The position numbers and the translations under genes were made by a program. A DNA stretch of 64,000 nucleotides from Saccostrea echinata (lineage: Eukaryota), in the NCBI RefSeq assembly GCF_033153115.1, contig NW_026889753.1, positions 9,548,001 through 9,612,000 on the forward strand, read 5' to 3'. The first letter of the stretch is position 1. Every line of letters starts with the position of its first letter. Under the pieces are notes generated by a model. The model was not told the origin of the DNA. It was given only the letters and a program-made list of their open reading frames with translations, and did not search any database. Shown piece by piece: positions 18,284-30,200 of this stretch.

Positions 18284-21200
18284 ATGAGCACTGCTGTAGC
18301 ACCTCATCAGCCTAGTCAATCCATAGGATCTCCAAGACACCAAGACAGAAAAGCTCTTGTTTCATCTGATGGCAAAAATGGTATTTATTTGATAAATAAT
18401 ATAGAATATTCAGATATCAGTGTTGGATTTATTCTCTTTTTGGTGAAACAATAATTCATCACTCAATAAAATTTATATTATGTTATTCTTGCAGCTTTGC
18501 CAGAGCTTAGAAATAGTAATAATGCCTTAGACAAAACTAAGCCCCTCCCCACCTCACTACAGAGTGACTTTATTCCTGAGGATGTTCTGTTTGCCCTGAC
18601 ACAGCCTCCTCCTGTACGGGACCAACTCGGGCCTCCAACCCGGACCAGGAATCTTAATGTCTCTAATGTAAGTCAAAAAAGAGGTTCTGGAATAGTTTGA
18701 TCAAATATTATGATACACTAAAATATATACAGGTAATATGCAATCTGTCTTTTATTTCACTTTTTTAGTAGTAATTCACTTTTTTTAAAAAGTGTATAAT
18801 GTATATTTTTATTTAGAAACCAGAATAAATATGTGTGTCTTATTTCCAGGTGCCAGCTAGGGCTCCACCATCTAACCTTTGGAGCCATAAAAGAAGAGAA
18901 AGGTTTAAACACCTTACAGAAAACACACCTTGTATTTGTGGGGCTGGAAGGTAAAAATCCTAAACTAAAAAATATTCAGTTTAATTTTAAGATGATGTAT
19001 TTTTGTGACACATAGTAATACAGTGTAAAACTAATATTTGGGAATTTCCAGTGACATCTCCTTCCTGTACGATGTCCCTCTCCCAGAGAAGAAGTTGGAG
19101 AGACCAGATAAACTGGATAAAAGTTTTGCTAGAAAAGAAGCTCTGGACAAGCAGAGAAAGGTCAGGGGAATTCACTCTGTTAATTTATGATTAAATGCAC
19201 ATTACGGGATTTTTAAACAACCCTCTTTAAAAAAAATAAATAAACCATGCTCATGTAGAGATTTTTATTACGATAAAAAAAGTTTATTTGGTTTTGTTTT
19301 TTTTTTTTGGTAACAAGTGTCATACAATTTTATATCAAATTCATAAGTAAAATATATTTTACTCAGAGATCTACAGGAAAGGATGAAAAAGTAATAATGT
19401 TCTATTTTAATAAGAAAAGTCTAACATTGAATGGGAAAATAGCATTAACATGCTTTTGTCTTAATCATTTGTACTTGGCCAATGGCATCATACTGGTGCA
19501 GATATTTTACAACTTGCAATTACCTACAAGGAAGAAAGGTTAAACATATCTCCACAAGTGGCTTAATACTTTAATTGGCGTAAGATATTTTATGGAACTA
19601 ATTGTTTGATATCATCTCTTGAAATACATGTGTTTACTCTGTGCTTGTATATCATAATGGATTTTGTTTTAACTTGGTTACAGATTTATTATATGAAATT
19701 ATATATATATGAATATGTATAAAGTTGACTGGTGTTAAAAGCTTGTTTTTTTTTTTGTATGCTAACAATTTACATATTACTTTTACTTTAAAAAAAGCTT
19801 TCTTAGATTTCATTTAAGGAAGAAAGAGATTCCTTTCTTCCTTAGTTTTGTGCTCAGCAACAATGAAAATGACACTGAATGAATAAATAATATTTGAAAT
19901 TTTCACTATACTAATATGACCAGTCATTGAACTATATGTGAATACACAATATATTGATGAATTAACATTTAATGTTTTTCAGCCATTGGAGCTACCAGAC
20001 ACTTTAATTCCTGAGGAATATCATATCATCAAAAACAAAGGTGTCATGGGAATTGAGTTTCACGAGGAGTAAGCATATTGTAGTTTTTAGTATATAAAAT
20101 CTTTGTAGAGTATATTATAATCAATGTGCATGGTAATTCTGTAGGATTTCTATTTTTGTAATGATAAAGAATGTTTTTGTTTTTTTAAGACTGGTGCAAA
20201 ATTATTAATAAGGAGCAAATATTTTTCATATTCTTACTTAAGTTATATTTAATGGAGACATAATTTATAATAGAAGATTTGCAACTACATGTATTTAAAT
20301 CTTGCTCTATCCCACTGCTTTTAAGAATGTGAGGAACAATAAGCAAGAGCAGTTTAGTTCAAAGTAATCAAACATAAGAGCAGAAAACTTTTGAAACTCT
20401 TCGTATCAAATTATTAAACAAGCATTTTAAAGCACTACAAAGCTTGACTTTCAAAAGACAACAGATGACTCACACATACTTGACCATCTCAGTTATATTT
20501 TGTCAACTTCTGATTAATTGACCAGTTTACTTTTGTTAAATATTTTATGTTTTTTTATCATTACATGAATATAGTTATACTCCATACAAAAAAGAAACAA
20601 TTCAAATTGATAAGTTAACCAATAAAGTGTATAAGTTTGAATATAATACTATCCCAGATGTCCTTCACATAATGTGTGAATGGAACAGATGATAGTCTCC
20701 ATTATTATATACATCTCTGGTTAAAGAGTGAAGTTAAATCATAATGAGTCGGGCATTAACATTAGTGCATTTCAGCATTCAATCAAAAATGGCTAGTATA
20801 TCAGTAAATCTTCCATTATCAAATTCTTTTTTTTCAGCAAATACAGCAATCAAGTTGAGGACCATGAAAAACATCTGATTGTGTTTCCTTCTATGTAAGT
20901 AATTAAGTATCTTCATACTTACTGAGAGTGGTATCCTTTTTGTTACAAATCAGTGTTTGTTAAAATGATATACCCCTCAGTTAAGAATTTCACTTCAACA
21001 TTGTCATTAGAATTTAGAGAGAAAATGATTTCTTCATTGAAATGGAATTTAGAGAGAAAATGATTTCGTCATTCAAATGAAATCAATAATTGCTCATCGA
21101 TGCACAATTTGGTACAAGTTGAATATTAAAAATGTGAGGGAAAGTTTTACAGTGCTTCAACTTTCAACCATCATTAATTGATTTCTTGTTTTTAATTTCA

Positions 21201-24200
21201 TTGCAGGAAACCCTCAAGTCGCTTTGAAGTTGTTCAGTTGAAGAACACGATGGATCGTATGTTAGATAAAGCTGGAGTATATGACACAGATTCCGAGATT
21301 AGGGGACCAACTCAGGTGAGATCACAGACTACAATCTTGTATGTCGTATATACCTTTGTCTTCACAAGTTATGATAAAAGAATAAAATGGAGAATTATAT
21401 ACAATAATGTATACCATAAAGGTCATTTTTGGGAGTATTTACTACCTTTTTTATTTGTTGATATTATTTTATGAGAATTTATACAAATGCATATCAGTAG
21501 AACTAACTTGTTTATCTTAATTGGTACAAATAACTTTTTATTTTGAATATACTGCTGAACTTTCATTATGTCAATGTGAAAATTATTTAAATATTTCTTT
21601 GCAAGGGGACACAATAAAATGTAATGGAAACTAAATGGTGATCCAATAGGTATAAACTGGTACAAGTCAATGCATGCTTTATGTTACAAAAATATCACAT
21701 TGAACAATATATTAGATATTACAAATGAACCAAAGGAAACTCAAAAGCAGATTTCTTTGTTTTAAACACTGCACAGAAATTTTTGTTTTTATTTATGAAA
21801 ATATAGACATGCATTATTTTAGTGTGCTGATGTAAATATGTATGTTGTATTTATTGTCACTTCTAAAATAAATATATGTATTAGTTTCGTAATTCAAAAA
21901 TACATTTGTACATGTATTGATTTTTAATTCCAGATTTTGATTAGTTTTAAGGTTTTGTACTCTTTGAATATCCCATAATCTGCAGTCCGATGGCCATGAT
22001 AGTTAGAAGGCCATTAATCATTAATGCATAAAACTCACATAATTACATATACATAATACATTCTGAATTCTGTTTTAGATGCACAACTTACTTGAGTTAA
22101 TCAAGAAAGAACAGAATATTTACAACACAGTCTTTCATGAGGTTATCAGACAGGTGGGTTTGGTGTCTTCAGTAAGTCTAAAAAGGTTTTCACAAAATAC
22201 TGCTAAATCACTGATAAAGGAATCTATGTCTAAGAATTAGTCTCATGTTTGTCATAAAAATCTTGAACCGAATCATGTACATGTTTTGTAAAGTTATGTG
22301 TAATTTATTGAATGCTGGAGTTATCTAAAAGTGTGGCATAAAATATATTTTACTGCTGGTATAATAACTGAAGAATTCCCTGACATTTTATTTTTGGAAA
22401 ATGAATATATTATTTCGATGCATTAACCATACCATTTTTGTCAAATATTCCGTGAACAAGAAAAATTAAATTGTGTGTTATTTGTAGGTGAGCATAGAAT
22501 GTGTGGACAGAGGAGAACTTTTAGCCAATCTTCGCCAGAAGTACAGCGACCTACTGAACAAAGTCCCACAGCAAATCAAGAGGTGAGGCATCAACTGTTC
22601 TTATATTAATCATTCTGTAAAAAATGTTTTAGTCATTCCAAGTTTCTAATGCCTATATTTTGTCCATTGCTCAGTTTACATGAGGAGGTTATGGCACAGA
22701 GAGCTCTGGATAGAAGACTGACTGAAGAGCTGATGAGATTTAAAGGCACCATTGGTATACTGACCAGGTATGGCTCATCCAGCAGAAAGAGAATAATGTG
22801 TCAAAATGTAAGGAAAAGAGAGTTATCTCCCTTACATTGTGATCTTTACAGCAGTCATTGATTATATGTTAGGAGTGAATATTTTGACAACTCCAATAGC
22901 GTAAGCAGCACTGCATAAGAGAACCCTAGGTTTCTTAACATTTTTAAACTGTCCACCATTTCAGTGAGCTGTCTGCAGTCAAGGAACACGACAAGAAAGT
23001 CACCAAAGAAGCACAACAAGCCCAGGAGGATGTGAGTAGGAGTTGTTTCCCTTTAAGGTGGCGAATTTTATAGCTCTAGAGTTACAGAACCAGTACACAT
23101 TCACAAATCTCACTGTTGATTTTTTCATCAACAGCTGAAGACAGCCCTGTCTGAGGCCCAGAAAAATGCTAGTCTTCTGGCAGAGTACCATGATTTATAT
23201 GAGTTACAAAGGAAGAGACTGGAAACTTCAGTCCATTTACTGACAGAAGAGCGGGAACTCTGGAGTAATGCTGCCTATAGTCTTGCTCTCAAGGTATGGA
23301 AATATATCTGAATGGGAGCTTTTATCATGTATGACATTTTTAAATGTTAATATCTGCGTAAGTGGTTCTATATACTTGAACTTTTTATAGTGTTAAGTTT
23401 AAAGTTTATATCAAACAATGCATCAACACTTTCAGATTACTTTTCTTGACTTCATTCAATATGGACCATTTTCTGTTGTTACACCCCAAAACTTTAGAAA
23501 CAAATAAATATTATTCTGGATTATGAGAGATATCAAGTTTACAATGAGATTCTACACTTTATGATGCATTAGGTGACAGAGGAAGCTAATTTGACCACAG
23601 CTAAGAAGCTTCATGTTAGTGAGAAATCATGGGCCAAACTGGCCACCCACTTCACCATTCTGCTAAGTGACAAGGACACGGAGCTCCTGACTAACCTCCA
23701 GACACACGTGGAGAGGTGGCGCGACCTGGTAGAGGAATTTAACATCATTCTGAAAACCCGAGAAGAAGAAATGAAGGTCAACATCAGCTCTCTGAAGGGT
23801 AGCATTCAAAAATGGATGCTTGAGATTCGAAAGATTTGCTTGTAAGTTTATTTCTCTGGGGTAATCTTTATTTAGTTTTCAGTCTATTATTCAGAAAAAA
23901 GGATATATAATTTTTTTGTATTGTTGTTAATTTCACTGATAGCACTCTACAAGAGTAGTAGCACACATTTTGGACACTTCTTGTGGTTTTTTGGTTCAGT
24001 TTTTTTACTTTTTCATATTTCACGTTTGCACAGAGTACCATTTTAAGTACCAATCTAACTCTTTCACAGCAATATAGGGATCGTTAAGTATTTATGTTTA
24101 ATTAGCGCATAAATTTCAGTGACGTGGATGAAAATGCTAGTGTTAGTACAATGAGGTAATATGTATGTGTATAATTAATTATTATATATATGTTAATTTA

Positions 24201-27200
24201 ACAACTGTTACAGGTTTGTTCTTTATGTAAGGGGCTTTGAGGGAAAATTGTTTAATTAACTAAAAAGTATTTGATTGTATTTTGGGGGCAAAACTAATCA
24301 TGTTTTTGAAATACAAGTTACCATATGTTACAAATGTATTACATGTATTTAATTGCTTTTTGTAATAACTGGTTCAAAGTTGATTCCAGAAGTGCATGTT
24401 TTATTAACAAAGAGCATTTTTGAATTTAACAAAATTTAAAGTGAAAAGAAAAAGTTTAAAATTGATGTATTTGATTTGATTTTAATTATTATAGAAAAAT
24501 AAGGCAGAGGTAAGCAATGTTTGAGGGGATACTGTGGTCAGTTTGTAACAATCCCCGCCAGTAGGTTGTCAATTTTCACATCAAAATATCATCCATTTCA
24601 TCATCATAGTTCCCAGTTTGCTTCTCTTGAAATAATGCTAGATCTGAGTCATCAGTTTCATAATTCACAATTACTAGTAGAGAGAATACAATTATAGAAA
24701 TATTGCTATGGTAATGGGATTTCTGTACTTGCATTTCAGAAAAGTAATATGTGAAATAAAAGAATTATAGAGCATTTGATAATAGGCGTATTGCATTCCT
24801 GGTTAACATTGATACATCATCGCATATTACATGCATTGATGCATGTATAAAAGCCTGTGCATGGAATGTCTTTATAATGAAGTTTTTACACTTTAATTAA
24901 GGCTCCTTCGTTATAGAAGTTATGAAGAGTAAGTCTTAATAGCATGACTTGATGATTGTTGTGAAAGTTTTGTTGGTTTTTTTCTGTATTGTGCAAAAAA
25001 AAAAATTTGATGTTAAATTGCAATTTGATTGAAATTCAGACTGTTAAGTATAAAGCCCCTTTAGGTCTGTATTAAAATTGATGAAGAATAAAGACAAATC
25101 TTAATGTTTATATTCACCAAAAACATGACTTAGTTGTACTGTATATAAACAATAATAACAAAGGACAAGCAAATAAATAAAACTGATAAATTATCCTTTT
25201 TTAATTAACTTTCTCTGCATCAATCATACTTTTCAATATATTCATAAAATTAATATCTTAATTTTACCTGAATTTCTCTTCTTAGATTTATTATATACAA
25301 TCCAGTTCATAGTTTTATTTTTCAATACAATGAATTTACATTCTCTTATATAGACAATCCTCTCTAACATTTTTATGAAATACTTTCAGCTCATATTAGC
25401 TTGTCTGTCGAGTTTTTCTGATCAAAGCTAGTTTGTCATCCTTCTGTAACAACTTTTTTGTGTGAAAAATTGCTGAAATTTTCTTCTACAGAACTAAACT
25501 TGGCACAAAGCATCTTTGGGAAAGGATTTTTAACTTTTCAACAAAATAAAGGATCAGGTCTCTGCAGAAGTGGAGACAATTTGTAAAGTAATGTAGGGCA
25601 ATTTGATAATCTTTTTAACAAGAACCACTTGTCCAAAAAAGACGAAATTCATCTAAAAAGAAAAGCTTCCTTTGTTACCAATTAAAATATTGTTTGTAAA
25701 TTAAAAATGCTGAATATTGAAATAAATGTAGGCCATCATTAGGGTATTTCAATCGTATCATTTTTTCAGGAAGCAAAAGATTTTTCGGGTGAGCCTTGTG
25801 GCTCATGGGCCTCTTTAATTCCCATTCTTTGTTTTGAAAACAAAATATTTTACATGTAACCATTTTTTTTTTAAATAAACAAACAGACTTGTTGAAAAAT
25901 ACTTCCAGCATCATTTCCATTGGACATTTAATTAGAACTGGCTTTGCCTAATGGAAGATGTTGCGTAATGTTTTATATACAGTTCATTTCTTTATTTGAA
26001 ATGGCTATCTGCCTCTATTTTTTTAAAATTCATTTTAATACATGTGAATGTAATGTAGCAATCCAACAATGTGAGACTGCAGTATCTTGCATGGGGAATG
26101 AATTAATGAATGGGTTGCACTTGTTTTACTAAATTGCATGCAAACTAGAACTACAATGTAGCTGAAAATTAGTTAATATATGAGTTTATGGCAGCATCAC
26201 AAATCAGAAATGAGAAAAATATAAATTTCAAACATTTTTGTTTGAACATGTTTATAAAATAGGACTTTAAAAAAAAACTGCTCTTTTTTCAGCCAGTGTT
26301 TACGAGTCGGTTTTACAAATTATACCCTAGGTAACATATTGCTATCTAACACTGCATTGTCTACATTTCAGTACAAAAGAAGGTCATTTCCAAAAGCCTC
26401 CAGATGAATCAACTCTGAGGTTGTTTCTAGAAGAAATGAGAAATTGGGAAGAGGTACTTTAAAACAAAAATTAAAATTACTAATCATCATTTCATTTAAA
26501 ATTCAAAACCTAAGTATAATATACATTATTTTTTGTGGAGGGGGTGGAGATATTAACATAAACATGTATTTGACGTGTTACCGTAGACTTTTACAACTTA
26601 CAGTAAGAGGGGATGTCAAATTGCTTTATTCTTGGCCATTTTTTTATAAAGCACATATTTTTGTTATAGGTACTTGGTAGAGAAGCAGAGAAATTCGGAG
26701 GTGATACCTTACTGAACGGTCAAGAGAAGTTAACGGTCATCAGACAACAGATGGATGGATGGACAGACAATGCCCTCAAGGTCTTCAGTCGCCACCGAAA
26801 GGAGGGGGCCAAGAACCATCCAGATCAGGACGGAATGATGACATTGAATGAGGTAACTATCTGTGTGTTTCAATAAATTTAGCAAAAACTAAGTATGAAT
26901 TTCAAACTAGTTGTTTTTTCTAAGATTAAGTAAAGAGAATGTACAGTGGAGCCTCATTAATCTGGACACCAATAATACAGACACTTTACCTTCTGAATTA
27001 AAATTTTAGGGAACAGAATTGACAATTATATCTACCAGTTATAAAAGGAACATTTCATTTATGGAGACAGTTCATTAATTTCCAAGATTTTCTATGGAAC
27101 ACAAACACCTGGATTAACAAGGCTCAACTGTACCACTTCAAATATGTTATCATAGAATGAGTTTTACTAAAAGTACAAATAAGACTTTTAAATTTTTTTG

Positions 27201-30200
27201 AAGAGGAATATATATTTTATTAAAGAAAATGTATACATACATATTTTCTCTTCTAAACAGGAAGTTGAGGAATTGCTGAGACAATTTAATAACAGAATTA
27301 CGGGAGAAAATGGTGAGTAGTGCTTTACTCACATCTGAAGAGTTACAAAATTTATATGACTAATCACTACCCAAGATCTGTGCCATAGATTACAAAGAAC
27401 CTGAGTGGATTATAAAATGGAGAAGGTTTCTGTATACCTGTAGGTAAATGTTACCTGGTTACCTCTAGTATTCTGAGGATTCTTATTTTGATATTTTTTT
27501 AATTTGGTTTATTGCTTTTACCTTTAAATTATTTAAAATTTTCGGAGTTTTTTTAATTATCATTGGGGCCCTGCATCAAACTATGAGTGTTGACTGTCGT
27601 GATCACTGGATACATCTGTCAATATGTTTATCTGACTGATTATTTGAAAAAAATGATAAATTGTAATATTTATATCCTACAGACTTCATGAATACTTTAT
27701 AGGTGGAGAATCATGAGAGAAAGACATTAATTTAAAGGTTTTGGGGCCACTTGCTCATAGTTCAATGTCAAAGCTTGAGTGTAACAATATGGTCATTGTA
27801 ATGCAATAATTTAGATATTTTATTAAAGGTCAAGATCAAAAGGTCAAAATTATTGATATAATGATACTATGGGCCCTGTATGACTTTGGCAGATTTCTAG
27901 TTGGTTTTTTTTTTTGAATATTGTATTTATTAATTTTCCTAATTTTTATGCATGCATTTTTTTTTTTTTAAAGATGGCAGTAAAATAGATCATTTTACAT
28001 TTTAGCTTAGGAAAGATGACTTGTAAAAATTTATGGACTTAATTATATCTAGTTACATTGTTCAATCATATGATAAAAACAAATGTTTTGTTTAAGAAGT
28101 GTTGAACGTTTTGGTGGGTTTTACTGGCTTTTAACAAAATTCTTTCATTGTTGAAGGGGTTGCACCACATGCCATTCATTTAATGCATGGTCTGGAGACA
28201 TGGGATTTGAAGATAGCAGCCTCGCTGAATGGAACCCAGCCCATCAATGACAATGAATGGGTCAGTCTACTGAATCTGATGGAGGAATGGATGGGGGGTA
28301 TCGATGATGCAGTGCAGTACGTAGGATCCACCCAAAAGGAGGAAGACAGGATTGAGTCAAAACCACACACTAGGTAGCCATGGTAACCAGTGGTTACCAT
28401 AGTCACAAATTACCAGCACACCATCTGCTATTTGAATAACCTGAGGAACACTCTATAACTATATGTATAACCTGCACTCTGGGTGAATAACTAACTCTTC
28501 ACAGCTCAGAAAAAACTTTGCACCATTCACATATATGCATTTTGTATGAAATTATATCACATTATATACTAAGCAATTCATTTTCAAGCTGTTAAGTAAA
28601 TTTTTTCCGTTAACTTCACCATAACTGTAGATAAGTGTTAATTGCATTATTTAAATTTTTTGCAATAAACAATTTGGAATTAATCACAACAGATATTTAT
28701 ACATCAATGAATGCTTTTTAGAGAGAAGTTTTATTGTGCTAACTAACATGCGCTTTTTCGTGTTAGATTTGTGGTTTTCCTTGAACCAAGGAGGTAGGCT
28801 ATATGTCTCCAGATGCGTTTTCTCCCATGTTTTATTAAATGTTACCCTATATTAACATGTATAGTTAGTAAGGTTAATATCCCAGTTCATATTGTCTTAA
28901 TGTTGATCAATTTCTATAAAATAAAATATCAATTTTTTAATCAAATTTACATATACATCTACATTATTGATGATTATTGACATTTAACACTGAGATCAGG
29001 GACAATAACCAGAAATTTTCCCAGTATTAACCGAGTACTCGTACCTTTGGGGAATTGTCTTACAAAGAGCTCAACACAATGAGTCAAAGCATGAATGAAC
29101 TTGGCTCAGATTATACCATGCGCTGCTTTGGCACTAATATTTCACTAATATTCACTACTGTGTGGCTTTGATTTCACTCTGTTTTCTGACTTACATTTGT
29201 AATCCAAACTACTGAAGCATTTCTATGTAATTTTCCTCTCTTTACAGCAAGCATTAGAAATAGTATATCATGACAAATTATTTTGAAAACTCAATAATTT
29301 AATGCCCTTATTCAAAAGTTTTAATGTAATCTTAACAGTGAAATACTGAATTTGAAAGTAAATAACACTAACTGGATAATGAATTGAGTTTCCTCTTTAT
29401 TGACTGGTTTGGATTTTTAGGATTGATGTCATGGATACGGTTAGGAAGGTGCAGAAATGGGCCACCACAGCCAGTAATGCTATAGACAGTGAAGATGGAA
29501 GACTTGTCGAACAGGTTACTGTCATTCCAATTTTATTGAAACCACAATATTTACTTTATTAAATCTGCAAATGTTTAGTGGTCTCATTAATCTTTTTTGC
29601 TTTTCTTTTTCCAAAAAACGGGAAAAAAAAATTATATAGCTTTCATATGACTCATAATTGTTTTAAAAAATTTCCAGTTTGTAAAAAGTAAATCCAATTT
29701 CAGCCCACATTTGATTCGAAGTTTTCTAAAAAGAAAATAAATAAATAAATAAAAAAAAACAAAGTGTAAGTCTTATTGGTTGTTTAATATTTGTGAATGA
29801 CAATATTTCGTTTTGGGATTTTGTGTAGGTTTCGACACTTCACTCTCAGATGGTACAGTGGATGGTCCAGATGCTGTTACGACTCGCCCCAGACAAGGAG
29901 GGGAACTCTAAGGAGGCAGCAGACATGGTCCTCCTCAACAGCCTCACCCTGGGACAACTCTACTCCAACGTCAAAATGCTGTTTGAACAACTAGAGCAGT
30001 TCTCAACCTATGTAGCTCAGTAAGTTCTTAAACTGTGTCTTCTGATGCTTGAAGTGCAGATAGTTACAGCTTGTTTGTAAATTAACTTCACAGTTCCCAG
30101 TTACTTGCTGTTATATCATGAATTCTCTGTCTGTGGACTATATAACCATGTATGAGCTTTTGTTACTAGTTTTCACCTCTTGTCATCACCTCTACTCTTA

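Noticed and set aside
26293-26330. Additional AXDND1 exon candidate (38 nt, AG..GTAACA)
   Set aside because: Not frame-preserving and would leave only a 41-nt intron. It could be a poison exon, but nothing supports this.
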